Origin: an uncultured Gemmatimonadales bacterium
GTDB lineage: Bacteria; Gemmatimonadota; Gemmatimonadetes; Gemmatimonadales; GWC2-71-9
Assembly (NCBI GenBank): GCA_963730185.1
Contig: CAVSQW010000007.1
Location: 352,001-416,000, forward strand
Reading direction: 5' to 3'
Length of the DNA stretch: 64,000 nucleotides
Of this stretch, positions 26,619 through 37,627 are shown one piece after another (within the stretch, counting starts at the first letter, position 1; every line of letters begins with the position of its first letter). Made by a program: the position numbers and the translations under genes. The notes beneath the pieces were generated by a model. It was not told the origin of the DNA and did not search any database. It was given only the letters and a program-made list of their open reading frames with translations.

Positions 26619-27929
26619 ATGCAGCTTGAGCACGGCGGACAACCCTATACCGTGGCCGCCGATGACGTTGTTATCGGCTCGGATCCCAGCGTCACGGTCC
26701 GGCTCGCCGGCTCACACGTGCTCCCTCGCCACGCGGTGGTGCGGCGACTCGGTGGCGGGCTGCTGGTCGTGCTCCCCGCCGTGCCCGAGGCGGAAATCCG
26801 GGTGAATGGAGCCCGGATTGGCGTCGACCCCACTCCTCTCATGCACGGCGACCGGATCGTGATCGGCGGCCAGGAGATCCGCGTTTCGGATCCGGCCCGC
26901 CAGGGAGCGACCCGCGAGGTGAAGACCGCGCGGCTCCCGAGCGATGCCGGGCCGCCGGCGGGCGCCCCGCCCCCAGTGCCGGCGGCCCGGCCCCCCGCGC
27001 CGCCGCCGGCCTCGGGCGGCCCGGGTGGCCGCTTGGTGAGCCTGACAGACGGGCGGGAGTACCCGTTGGGGGCGGTCCCGTTCGTCTTCGGCCGGGACGC
27101 GACGGCCGAGGTGGTGATCGCTTCGCCGGACGCGTCCCGCCGGCACGCGGAGATCGTGTCCCGCCCGGACGGCGACGTGCTGGTTGACCTGAGCGCCAAC
27201 GGGACCCACGTCAACGGGAAGCCGATCGACGGCCGTCACCCGCTCAAGGCCCTCGACGTGATCCGGATCGGCGCCGAAGAGTTCCGGTACTATCCGGCGG
27301 CCCCGAAAGCCGAGCCGGTCGCTCCGCCCGCCGGTGCCCAGTACCGCCTCGGCGACACCCTGGTCGGCCTTCCCTCGTTCACTCCTCCCGGTACCCGCCC
27401 CGCTCCCCGACCCACCCGTCCCCTCGCGTCGCTCCTGGTCAAGCAGGGCGAGCTCAAGGGCGACCGGCTGGCCGTCCGGTCGCCGGTGGTGAACATCGGC
27501 CGGGCGGAGTACAACGACCTCAAGCTGCCCGACGTGAGCGTGAGCTCGAGCCACGCGAAGCTGCAGCTCCGGGAGGGAGTCTGGGTGCTGTCCGATCTGG
27601 GATCGACCAACGGGACCTTCGTCGACGGCGTGCCGGTCGACGAGGAAACCGCGCTCTCGCCCGGGTGCATCGTGCGGGTCGGCGAGGTGGGACTGCTGTT
27701 CGAGCCCCAGGACGAGTCGCCGGCCCGGGCGCCGGGGACGGCGGTGCTGGAGCGGCCGGTGGCGGCCCAGGTGCCCAGCGCGCCGGCCGCCCGGGCTCCG
27801 AGCCGGCCGGCGGCCCGGCCGGCGGCGCCGTCGGCCGCGCCGCCTCCCGCGGCGCGCAACACCGGACTGCTGGTGCTCGGCGTGGTGTTCGTGCTGGCAG
27901 CGCTCATCGCTTTGGTGATCCTCCTTTAG
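26619..27929 (+). CDS. Triple-FHA-domain protein with C-terminal membrane anchor
   Basis: Three FHA units separated by Pro/Ala linkers (FGR..SRRH..NGT; IGR..SSSH..STNGT), terminal hydrophobic helix. Confidence 0.9.
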   Translation: MQLEHGGQPYTVAADDVVIGSDPSVTVRLAGSHVLPRHAVVRRLGGGLLVVLPAVPEAEIRVNGARIGVDPTPLMHGDRIVIGGQEIRVSDPARQGATREVKTARLPSDAGPPAGAPPPVPAARPPAPPPASGGPGGRLVSLTDGREYPLGAVPFVFGRDATAEVVIASPDASRRHAEIVSRPDGDVLVDLSANGTHVNGKPIDGRHPLKALDVIRIGAEEFRYYPAAPKAEPVAPPAGAQYRLGDTLVGLPSFTPPGTRPAPRPTRPLASLLVKQGELKGDRLAVRSPVVNIGRAEYNDLKLPDVSVSSSHAKLQLREGVWVLSDLGSTNGTFVDGVPVDEETALSPGCIVRVGEVGLLFEPQDESPARAPGTAVLERPVAAQVPSAPAARAPSRPAARPAAPSAAPPPAARNTGLLVLGVVFVLAALIALVILL

Positions 27930-27936
27930 CCCGCCC

Positions 27937-28695
27937 ATGCTGATCTCCTGCGCCGGTGACACCCACGTCGGGGTGGTGCGAAGCGGAAACGAGGACAGCT
28001 TCCTGCTCGACTTCCAGCAGGGCGTCTTCATCGTGGCCGACGGCATGGGCGGGCACGCCGCCGGCGAGGTCGCGAGCGAGATGGCGGTCGAGATCATCGC
28101 GCGGGAGCTGGGCTCGATGCGGGGCCTCGACGCCGCCGCGGCCGGCGACCGGATGCGAAACGCGATCCGGGTGGCCAACGGCGCGATCTTCGACCGGACC
28201 CTGGCCGAAGCCGACAAACGGGGCATGGGGACCACCACCACGGTGCTGGTCCTCTTCAGCGGCCGCTACCTGATCGGCCAGGTGGGTGACAGCCGGGCCT
28301 ATATGCTCCGGGACCAGACGCTCCACCAACTCACCAAGGACCACAGCTACGTCCAAGAGCAAGTCGACGCCGGGTTGCTCACCGCCGAACAGGCCCGGAC
28401 CCATCCCTACAGCAACGTGATCACCCGCTGCGTGGGGGCCAATGAGGACGTGGTGCCTGACGTCTACTTCGGCGACCTGGCCAGCGGCGACGTCATCCTG
28501 CTCGCGTCCGACGGGCTGACCGGCATGCTGGAAGACGAACACCTCGCCAAGATCCTGTCGAGCGATGGTAACCCGGCCACCTGGGTCAGCCGGATGATCG
28601 CCGAGGCCAATCGGCGCGGCGGACTCGACAACATCACCGCCATCATCGTCCGGGTCGACGAGGCCGACACGCCGGCTCGAACCTCGGCGGGATGA
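27937..28695 (+). CDS. Stp1/IreP-type PP2C Ser/Thr phosphatase
   Basis: RSGNED, VADGMGGHAAGEVAS, GMGTT, VGDSRAY, SDGL, GGLDNIT. Confidence 0.95.
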   Translation: MLISCAGDTHVGVVRSGNEDSFLLDFQQGVFIVADGMGGHAAGEVASEMAVEIIARELGSMRGLDAAAAGDRMRNAIRVANGAIFDRTLAEADKRGMGTTTTVLVLFSGRYLIGQVGDSRAYMLRDQTLHQLTKDHSYVQEQVDAGLLTAEQARTHPYSNVITRCVGANEDVVPDVYFGDLASGDVILLASDGLTGMLEDEHLAKILSSDGNPATWVSRMIAEANRRGGLDNITAIIVRVDEADTPARTSAG

Positions 28696-29927
28696 GGCTC
28701 GCCGGGCCGGCCGCCGCCCGGATCGGGATCCAGGAGCTCCGCGGCAACCCCCTTCGCGCCATCCTCTCCACGCTGGGCATCGTCATGGGCGTCGCCGCCC
28801 TGGTCGCCGTCTTGTCGGTTGGCGATGGGGTCGAGCGCTTCGCCCGTGATCAGGTCGCCGCGACCACAGACATTCAGGCGGTCGCAGTCCAGGCCGTGGC
28901 GACCCGCGAAGTGGACGGCGTCCAGCTGCCGGTCGCGGACTTCCCGGCCCTCGGCCCCGCCGACGCGGCCGGCCTGGCTGCCGCCGTTCCGGCGGGAACC
29001 CGGGTCGTGCTCCAGCTCAACGGGTCGGGCTTCGTCCGGGCGGCGGGTTGGGACCGCCCCCGGGCCGCGGTGGTCGTCGCCTCGGCCGGCCCTGCCGATA
29101 CGGCCGGTCTGGGCGCCGGACGGCCGGTCTCGGAGGAGGAGGCCCGGGCCGGCGCCCGGGTTGCGGTCGTGGGTCACGCGCTCGCGGCGGCGCTGGCCGG
29201 GGACGGGCCGGCCGCCGGGGCCATCGGCGACACCATCGTGGTCGGCTCGATCCCGGTGGTCGTGATCGGCGTTGCCCGGGCCCGGGCGGGCGAGAAGGTC
29301 TTTCAGCTCCGCGTCCCCTTTCCGTTGGCCGATTCGGCCCTGGTGCCGTCCGATCGGCCCCGGCCCGCCTCCCTCTTTGCCGTGGCGCCCCGGATCGAAG
29401 ACGTGGACGCGCTCCGACGCACCGTCCGCGACTGGGTGGGAGGCCACGACTCGGGGTGGACCGCCGGGGTTCGGGTCATCAGCAATCAGGGGCGGTTGGC
29501 TCAGGCGGAGCAGGGTGTCCTGATCTTCAAGATGCTGATGGGCACGATTGCGGGCGTGTCGCTGGTGGTGGGCGGGATCGGGATCATGAACGTGTTGCTG
29601 GCCTCGGTGGCCGAACGGACCCGGGAGATCGGGATCCGGAAGGCGGCGGGCGCCCGCCAGCGCGACGTGCTGCTCCAGTTCCTGGCCGAATCGGTCGCGA
29701 TTTCCGGGATCGGGAGCTTCCTCGGGGCGGGGTTGGGCTTCGGCGCGGCGATCGCCGCGACGGCGGTCATGCGGCTCCGAGCGGCGGCGCCGATCCGGGC
29801 GGGATGGAGCTGGTCGACACTGGCGGTCGCGGCCGGGGCCGCCGTCCTGGTGGGCATCGTGTTCGGGCTCTATCCCGCCCTTCGAGCCGCCCGGCTCGAT
29901 CCAATCGAAGCGATCCGGCACGACTAG
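28692..29927 (+). CDS. MacB/FtsX-type ABC permease
   Basis: LSTLGIVMGVAA, VGGIGIMNVLLASVAERTREIGIRKAAGA, YPALRAARLDPIEAIRHD. Confidence 0.92.
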   Translation: MRLAGPAAARIGIQELRGNPLRAILSTLGIVMGVAALVAVLSVGDGVERFARDQVAATTDIQAVAVQAVATREVDGVQLPVADFPALGPADAAGLAAAVPAGTRVVLQLNGSGFVRAAGWDRPRAAVVVASAGPADTAGLGAGRPVSEEEARAGARVAVVGHALAAALAGDGPAAGAIGDTIVVGSIPVVVIGVARARAGEKVFQLRVPFPLADSALVPSDRPRPASLFAVAPRIEDVDALRRTVRDWVGGHDSGWTAGVRVISNQGRLAQAEQGVLIFKMLMGTIAGVSLVVGGIGIMNVLLASVAERTREIGIRKAAGARQRDVLLQFLAESVAISGIGSFLGAGLGFGAAIAATAVMRLRAAAPIRAGWSWSTLAVAAGAAVLVGIVFGLYPALRAARLDPIEAIRHD

Positions 29928-30005
29928 CCCACATCCCGTCCGCCCCGGCCGTTCGACGCCAACGACGGCCTCGGCCGGCGAGGGTAACCCGCCGTCCCGG
30001 TCTCG

Positions 30006-31274
30006 TCAGCCGAGGAGCGGTTTCCCGTTCTGGAGCCGGCGGCGCACCTCGACATCCGACCAGGTCACCAGCCCGATGACCCCGGTGACCGCCCCGGTGG
30101 CCGGGCGGGCGGTGAACACCCGGAGTCGGCGGGCGCTCCGATAGAGCTCGCTCGCGATTCGGGGCAAGCCCAGCTGTCCCGCCCGTCCCTCGTCGGTGAG
30201 GCGCTCGATTTGTCCAGTCCTGGTCCGGAGCGGCAGGTCCACCGCCAGCATCGACTCGCGCTCGGGGAAGTCGAGCAGCAGCTCCGACGGTGAAAGCCCC
30301 ACCTCGGCCGCCAAGGCATCCTCCACCTGCTCGAGCAGGTCCACGTCGCCAGTGACCCAGGGTTGCGCCTGGCCGGGCACGTCGCTCGCCGGCAGGTCCA
30401 GGGCCCGTTTGTAGAGCCGCCGGCCATGCACCGCCGCGGCCAGCCCCGACGGGTCGGCGCCGAGCAGCTGCTCCATCAGCGAGCCGTCGGTGGCATTGGC
30501 GATCGCCGCCGGGTCGACGAGTCCGGCCCGGACGGCGAGTCGGACCGCCCGCTTGAACATGCAGGTGGCGGAGCGGACCGCGTGATGCCAATACACGTTT
30601 CGGTACATCTGATACTTCGCGAAGAGCAGCGTCTCGAGCGCGCTGACGCCTTTCTCGAGCACTCCGATCTCGAACCGGCCGTCCTCGACCCGGACCAGGG
30701 TGAGCGCCGCCAGCAGCCGGTCCACGTCGAGCATGCCGTACGGCACCCCGCAGGCCCGGGCATCGCGGCTCAGATAGTCGATCTTGTCGAGGTCGAGCGT
30801 CCCGCTGATGAGCCCCTGGAGCGGGCTGGCGGAGCGGCCCTGGATCAGGTCGCCTACCGCCGGGGCCAGGGCGGGACCGCCCAGCCGGGTCAGGGCCTCG
30901 CCCAGCTCTCCCGTGGTGAGGCGCGCGACCCCGAGGGCCTCGTGGTGTGCGAACCCGGCCTCCTCCAGACCATGGGAGAAGGGATAGTGCCCGATGTCAT
31001 GCAGGAGCGCCGCCAGCCGCACGGCCGGGGCCTGAGCGTCGTCTTCCGGCCGGAGCAAACCGCGTTGACGGAGGGTGGTGAGTGCCCGGCCGGTCAGGTG
31101 GTAGGCGCCGAGCGCATGCTCGAACCGCGTGTGCGTGGCGCCCGGATAGACGAGGAAGGCGTGCCCGAGCTGACGGACGTAGCGGAGCCGCTGGACGGGC
31201 GGGGTATCGAGCACCGCCATGGCCGCGTCGTCGAGCTCGATGTTGTCCCAGAGCGGGTCGCGGATGATATCCAT
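30006..31274 (-). CDS. HD-domain phosphohydrolase (SAMHD1/YwfO-like dNTPase family)
   Basis: QRLRYVRQLG, YPGATHTRFEH, LLHDIGHYPFSH, DKIDYLSRD, MYRNVYWH. Confidence 0.9.
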   Translation of the reverse strand: MDIIRDPLWDNIELDDAAMAVLDTPPVQRLRYVRQLGHAFLVYPGATHTRFEHALGAYHLTGRALTTLRQRGLLRPEDDAQAPAVRLAALLHDIGHYPFSHGLEEAGFAHHEALGVARLTTGELGEALTRLGGPALAPAVGDLIQGRSASPLQGLISGTLDLDKIDYLSRDARACGVPYGMLDVDRLLAALTLVRVEDGRFEIGVLEKGVSALETLLFAKYQMYRNVYWHHAVRSATCMFKRAVRLAVRAGLVDPAAIANATDGSLMEQLLGADPSGLAAAVHGRRLYKRALDLPASDVPGQAQPWVTGDVDLLEQVEDALAAEVGLSPSELLLDFPERESMLAVDLPLRTRTGQIERLTDEGRAGQLGLPRIASELYRSARRLRVFTARPATGAVTGVIGLVTWSDVEVRRRLQNGKPLLG

Positions 31275-31309
31275 AGGAGGGAGGAGGGCAGTCTCTTCCC
31301 GCCCCCTTG

Positions 31310-32911
<1,602 letters not shown>

Positions 32912-33069
32912 ATCGTCTCGGTCGTGGCGCGGTGGTGCGGGCGCCGGTGGCACAGTGGACGTTGCAACATGGAACACGCCCCATGGTCGACAGGATGCGA
33001 AAGATCGGGGGGCGAGGCGGTCAGGGGAAGGGACGGGGAGGGCTCCCCGTCTCGCCCTGGTTCCGGCCG

Positions 33070-33325
33070 CGCGGCCTTGCGGGTGAGCCTCCGGGTCCGG
33101 CCGTCGATGTAGTTGCCCCGGTGCGACAGCACGCCGTCCCATCCGAGGGCCGAGGCGGGCCGGAGTTTGGCCGTCAAAGCCGTTATCGATCTTCGAGTTA
33201 GGTGCTGGTCGGGTGGGGCCGGGTCGATGAGGTACGAATCGTGCGCGACGGCATACCGTATCTCATGGTCTCGCAATGCCTTGCGAAACCGGGCCGTCAC
33301 TTCGGCCGAGATCACGGCTCACGCC
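33070..33325 (-). pseudogene. nfo: Decayed internal fragment of endonuclease IV
   Basis: [13 protein letters not shown]...RRSI...[19 protein letters not shown] matches Nfo HDSYLINLASPD...RS...EL.R...LG....HPG with conserved residues lost; both termini missing. Confidence 0.72.
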
Positions 33326-33381
33326 GGAGCGGTTCGAACGCGTGGTCATCAGGCCGGGTGCCTGGAGGAACGGGTTGGCAC

Positions 33382-34788
33382 GTGCATAGTCGGGTACTAT
33401 TGCTGGGTGATCCCAACGCGAGGCCGGACGGCCTGGAACGGGCGCTGATCCGGGCCGGGTTCTCGTTGGCCGAAGCGGAGCAGCTGCCTCCCGCGCCGGG
33501 AGACAGCGGGTCGCCCGACCTTACGATCCTCTCGATCGCTGAGGCCCAGGGCGACTGGGACACGTTGCTGATGCCGATTACGCACGAGGCGTGGCGGAGC
33601 GTCCCGACGATCGTGCTGCTTCCCCAGGGGCAGGCGGCCGCGGCCGCGCGGGCGCTCTCCCTGGGCGCCCGCGACGCGATGGTGGCGCCGATCCATCTGC
33701 CGGAACTGTCGGCCCGGGTGGTCGCCCGGCTCCGTGGCACCCGTGACGGCTTTCGGGCGACCTCGTCGTCCAACTCGCAGGCGCAGCTCTTTGCCGTCTT
33801 CAAGAACATCGCGCTCGCGGCCCGCCCCGAAGAGATGATCCAGATCCTGGTGCGCGGGGTCGCGGAATCGCTCGGGGTGGGTCATTGCGCCTGTCTCTTG
33901 CCGCTCGACCCGGAGCGCGGGCGTGCGGTCGCGGTGGCCGAGCAGCCGGACGTCCGGGCGACCGAAGTGCCCTTGAGCGAGTATCCCGAGGTGCGCCATG
34001 CGGCGGCCGTCGGGCGGACGGCCTACATCCCGAGCGTCACCGATCACCCGCTCTTCGAGCGCCTGGTGGGATCGGGGCGGGACTCCCTGGCGGGGTTTCT
34101 GCCCTCGAGCGCGGTTGCCGTGCCGATGGGCTTTCAGGGACGGAACGTGGGTTTCCTCGTGCTCCGGACCCGGATCACCGACGCGGTGCTGTCGGTGGAC
34201 GACGTCGCCTTCACGGAGACCCTGGTCGCGGCGACCACCCGGCTTCTGGAGCACGAGGAGCGGCGGGCCACGCTCTATCGGCGGCAGGCCAGCGCCGGGG
34301 TGATCGATCCGCTCACCGGGTGCGGCGGGCTCGACGCCCTGGAGCGGCGGCTCCGCGAGGAGATGCAGCGTTCGGAACGCTACGCCCGTCGCTTCACGGT
34401 GGCGATCGTCGACGTGAAGGGGCTCCGGTTCCTGAACCAGCGGAGCGGGGTGGAGGCGGGCGACCGGGTTCTGACCGAGCTGGGCGGGCTCTTCCAGCGC
34501 GAGCTCCGGTCGCCGGACTTCGTGGCCCGCTACGGTGGCGACGTGTTTGCCCTGATCCTGCCCGAGACCGACGAGCGAGGTGGGCGGGAGACCCTGACTC
34601 GGCTCCGGCGGGCCATTGCCCGGCACACCTTCCCGGACCTCGGGACGGCACCGCTCGAAGTCGAAGCCGGCTTCGCCAGCTACCCGATGGAGGGAGCCTT
34701 CCAGCCCAACGATCTGCTGGCCGCGGCCGAAGCGTCGCTCACGGCGGCCGTCGGGAGTCGCCCTTCCGGCGCGGAGGACGCGGCTTGA
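33382..34788 (+). CDS. Pseudo-receiver + GAF + degenerate GGDEF domain protein
   Basis: DPLTG, RSPD-FVARY-GGDVF, GAF-like central region; GGAGGA upstream of GTG. Confidence 0.88.
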   Translation: MHSRVLLLGDPNARPDGLERALIRAGFSLAEAEQLPPAPGDSGSPDLTILSIAEAQGDWDTLLMPITHEAWRSVPTIVLLPQGQAAAAARALSLGARDAMVAPIHLPELSARVVARLRGTRDGFRATSSSNSQAQLFAVFKNIALAARPEEMIQILVRGVAESLGVGHCACLLPLDPERGRAVAVAEQPDVRATEVPLSEYPEVRHAAAVGRTAYIPSVTDHPLFERLVGSGRDSLAGFLPSSAVAVPMGFQGRNVGFLVLRTRITDAVLSVDDVAFTETLVAATTRLLEHEERRATLYRRQASAGVIDPLTGCGGLDALERRLREEMQRSERYARRFTVAIVDVKGLRFLNQRSGVEAGDRVLTELGGLFQRELRSPDFVARYGGDVFALILPETDERGGRETLTRLRRAIARHTFPDLGTAPLEVEAGFASYPMEGAFQPNDLLAAAEASLTAAVGSRPSGAEDAA

Positions 34789-34792
34789 CGCT

Positions 34793-36058
34793 CTAGTTCC
34801 GGCGGCGGAGCCAGTCGGTGGGGTCGAGGGCGATCTGGTTCTCGCCCCGGATCTCGAAGTAGAGGTGGGGCCCGTCGGGCGTGTTGCTGCCGCCGACGGT
34901 GCCGATCGTCTGGCCTTTGGCGACCGAGGCGCCCACCTGCACGCTGGCCGTGCTGAGCTGCATGTAGAGCGAGTAGTATCCCGTCGAGTGCTCGAGAATC
35001 ACCGAGAGCCCATAGGTCCCGAGTCGCTGGACCAGGACCACGTTGCCGTCCGCCACCGCGGTCACCTGGCTGCCGGCCGAGGCCGCGATGCTGATCCCGT
35101 GGCGGGTGATCTTGCCGCCGCTGGCCAGGGTGTCGGGACCGAAGGTGTGGATGATCCGCCCCTCCACCGGCCAGTCGAGCCGGCCGATGTCGCGGGTGGA
35201 GAGCCCGCGCTCTGCGGCGCTCCGGCTGTTGCTGGCGGCGGGGGCGCTCTTTCGGGCCCGCTCCAGCGAGGCGAGCACGTCGATCAGGTTCTCTTCGTCC
35301 TTGGCCAGATCGCTCAGGCGCCGGGCGGTGCTGGCGCTGGTCCGCCTGAGCTGGCGGATCTTCTGGGACCGTTCCTGGGCCAGCTCTTTGTAGCTCGCCA
35401 GCTCGGTTTCCCGCTCGTGCCGCCGGCGGTCGAGCTGATCCTGCACCCGGACCAGCTCCCCGCGCTGGTTTTGGATCCGGTTCCGGAGGCGTTCCACGTC
35501 GATCACCACCGCCCGGTCCTGCCGGCTGGTCAGGAAGAGGTACTTGTAGCGGGAGAGCAGGTCGCCGAACGATTCGGCCGAGAGCAGGACCTTGAAGGTG
35601 TAGAGCGGACCCCGCTTGTAGATCTCCACCAGTCGCCGTTCCAGGACCGCCCGTCGCTCGGCCAGGTTGTCCTCGGCCAGCGCCAGCTGGGTGCTGGCGT
35701 CGTCGAGCTGGGTGCCGAGGCCGCCGATCTGCCGCTCCAGCTCGTTGACGATCCGGTTGGTCGTTTCGCGCTGCCGTTCCAGGTTGTCGAGCTCCCGGCC
35801 GGCATCGCGTACCTGGCTCTGGAGGCGCTCCTGCTCCTGGCGGAGCCGCTCGCGCTCGGCCCGGATCTGCTCCAGCCGCTGCCGGCTCTTGTCGAGGTCC
35901 TGCTGGGCGGTCAGGCGGGGGGCCACGGTCGCGAGCGCAAGGCCGGCCAGGATCGCGGCCAGCGCGGCCGGACGCCAGCGCCGCCTCCGACCCGCTCCCG
36001 TCCGGGGTCCGGCCGGGAGCGTTCCGCTGGCGCGGTCGCGAGCCGTCGGCGCCGCCAT
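34793..36058 (-). CDS. envC: Murein hydrolase activator EnvC (coiled coil + degenerate M23)
   Basis: Signal peptide, long coiled coil, WPVEG, M23 domain lacking Zn ligands (HLYFE); follows ftsX. Confidence 0.88.
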   Translation of the reverse strand: MAAPTARDRASGTLPAGPRTGAGRRRRWRPAALAAILAGLALATVAPRLTAQQDLDKSRQRLEQIRAERERLRQEQERLQSQVRDAGRELDNLERQRETTNRIVNELERQIGGLGTQLDDASTQLALAEDNLAERRAVLERRLVEIYKRGPLYTFKVLLSAESFGDLLSRYKYLFLTSRQDRAVVIDVERLRNRIQNQRGELVRVQDQLDRRRHERETELASYKELAQERSQKIRQLRRTSASTARRLSDLAKDEENLIDVLASLERARKSAPAASNSRSAAERGLSTRDIGRLDWPVEGRIIHTFGPDTLASGGKITRHGISIAASAGSQVTAVADGNVVLVQRLGTYGLSVILEHSTGYYSLYMQLSTASVQVGASVAKGQTIGTVGGSNTPDGPHLYFEIRGENQIALDPTDWLRRRN

Positions 36059-36068
36059 TGCCCGGGGC

Positions 36069-36944
36069 TCAGACGTTCCGGAGATGTCGGCCCACGCTGA
36101 GCACGCTCCCGCCCAGCCCGATGACCGTGCCGAAGACGAGCGCCATGATCAGCTCGCCGGTGGAGAAGAACACCAGGGGAGACCCGGCCGTGGCCGCACT
36201 CTTCCGAAAGATCACGAAGGTGATCCAGCACATCAGGATGGCGAGCCCGCCACCGAGTACGCCCTTGACCGCGCCTTCGATCAGGAACGGCCCCCGGATG
36301 TAGGAGTTGGTGGCTCCGACCAGCCGCATGATCGCGATCTCCGTGGCCCGCTGGAGCACCGTGATCCGGATCGTCACCCCGATGATCACCACCGCCACCG
36401 CCGCGAATGCCAGGCCGATCACCAGCCCGACCACCCCGGCCATGTTCCGGAGCCGGTCCAGGCGCTCCACCCAGTCGCGACCGTAGCGGACGTCCTCGAT
36501 GAAGGGAAAGCCGCGGAGCCGCTCCGCCACCTGCCGAGCGTGCTCGGCGTCGCGAAAGCCGGGCTTGAGCCGGATCTCGAACGAGGCCGGCAGGGGATTG
36601 ATCTCGAGGTCCCGGAAGGCGTCCTGGAACTCCACCAGCTCCTGACGGGCCCGGGCCAGGGCCTGGTCCGCGTTGACGTACTTGATGTCGAGGACCTCGG
36701 GGAAGGCCGCGATGTCCGTGGAGGCGGTGCTGATGGTCTCGGTCGGCGTTCCCCGGAGCACGAAGGCCACCACCTCGACCCGCTCGGCCAGGGTGTGGAG
36801 CGCTTCCCGGAAGTTGATCGCCACCAGCCCGAAGAGGCCGATCGTGAAGAGCGAAAAGGCGATCGACGCGACCGAGAGCCCCGAGAGGAGCGGGGTCCGC
36901 TTGAAGGTGAGCAGCGCCTCGCGGAGGGGGCTCCTCCGTCTCAC
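36069..36944 (-). CDS. ftsX: Cell division permease FtsX
   Basis: NPLPASFEI, EIAIMRLVGAT..YIRGPFLIEG. Confidence 0.93.
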   Translation of the reverse strand: MRRRSPLREALLTFKRTPLLSGLSVASIAFSLFTIGLFGLVAINFREALHTLAERVEVVAFVLRGTPTETISTASTDIAAFPEVLDIKYVNADQALARARQELVEFQDAFRDLEINPLPASFEIRLKPGFRDAEHARQVAERLRGFPFIEDVRYGRDWVERLDRLRNMAGVVGLVIGLAFAAVAVVIIGVTIRITVLQRATEIAIMRLVGATNSYIRGPFLIEGAVKGVLGGGLAILMCWITFVIFRKSAATAGSPLVFFSTGELIMALVFGTVIGLGGSVLSVGRHLRNV

Positions 36945-37627
36945 GCGAAGCCTCCCCCGACGTCGACGCTCGAGTCGTAGACGATCTCGCCGCCCTTGAG
37001 CTCGACCACCCGATAGCCCGTGTCGCGGACCAGCTCCATGTCGTGAGTCGCCATGACCACCACCGTTCCGCCTCCGTTGATCTCGCGCAGCAGCTGGAAG
37101 ATGCCCCGGGTGGCGCGCTCGTCGAGGTTCCCGGTGGGCTCGTCCGCGATCAGGATGTGAGGGTCGTTCACCAGCGCTCGGGCGATGGCGACCCGCTGCT
37201 GCTCGCCGCCCGAGAGCTCCTTCGGGTGCGACCGGGCCTTGGAGGCGAGCCCCACCTGGGTCAGGGCCCGCATCACCCGATTCGGGATCGTCTCCCGGCG
37301 GGCCCCGGTCACCTCGAGCGCGAAGGCGACGTTCTCTTCCACTGTGTGATACTCGAGCAGCCGAAAATCCTGGAAGACCACCCCGAGCCGGCGCCGGAGC
37401 CGGGGAATGTCCTTGGGGCCCAGCTTGCTGACGTGGTAGCCCGAGACCCGAACCTCGCCGGAGGTCGGCTTCTGCTCGGCATAGAGCATCGCCAGCACGG
37501 TGGACTTCCCCGCCCCCGAGTGGCCGGTCAGGAAGACGAACTCGCCCTTCGGGATGTGGAACGAGACGTTCCGGAGCCCGACCACGCCGTTGGGAAAGAG
37601 CTTGGAGACGCCCGTGAACTTGATCAT
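36941..37627 (-). CDS. ftsE: Cell division ATP-binding protein FtsE
   Basis: GHSGAGKST, GVVFQDFRLL, LSGGEQQR, ADEPTGNLD. Confidence 0.95.
   Translation of the reverse strand: MIKFTGVSKLFPNGVVGLRNVSFHIPKGEFVFLTGHSGAGKSTVLAMLYAEQKPTSGEVRVSGYHVSKLGPKDIPRLRRRLGVVFQDFRLLEYHTVEENVAFALEVTGARRETIPNRVMRALTQVGLASKARSHPKELSGGEQQRVAIARALVNDPHILIADEPTGNLDERATRGIFQLLREINGGGTVVVMATHDMELVRDTGYRVVELKGGEIVYDSSVDVGGGFA

Noticed and set aside
30006..31274. HD dNTPase as an anti-phage nucleotide-depletion system
   Set aside because: Belongs to a widespread housekeeping family, sits behind pckA with host-like composition and no defence-island context
32948..32968. Sigma54 promoter near pckA (TGGCAC...TTGC)
   Set aside because: GG-to-GC spacing is longer than the required 10 nt and it points away from pckA
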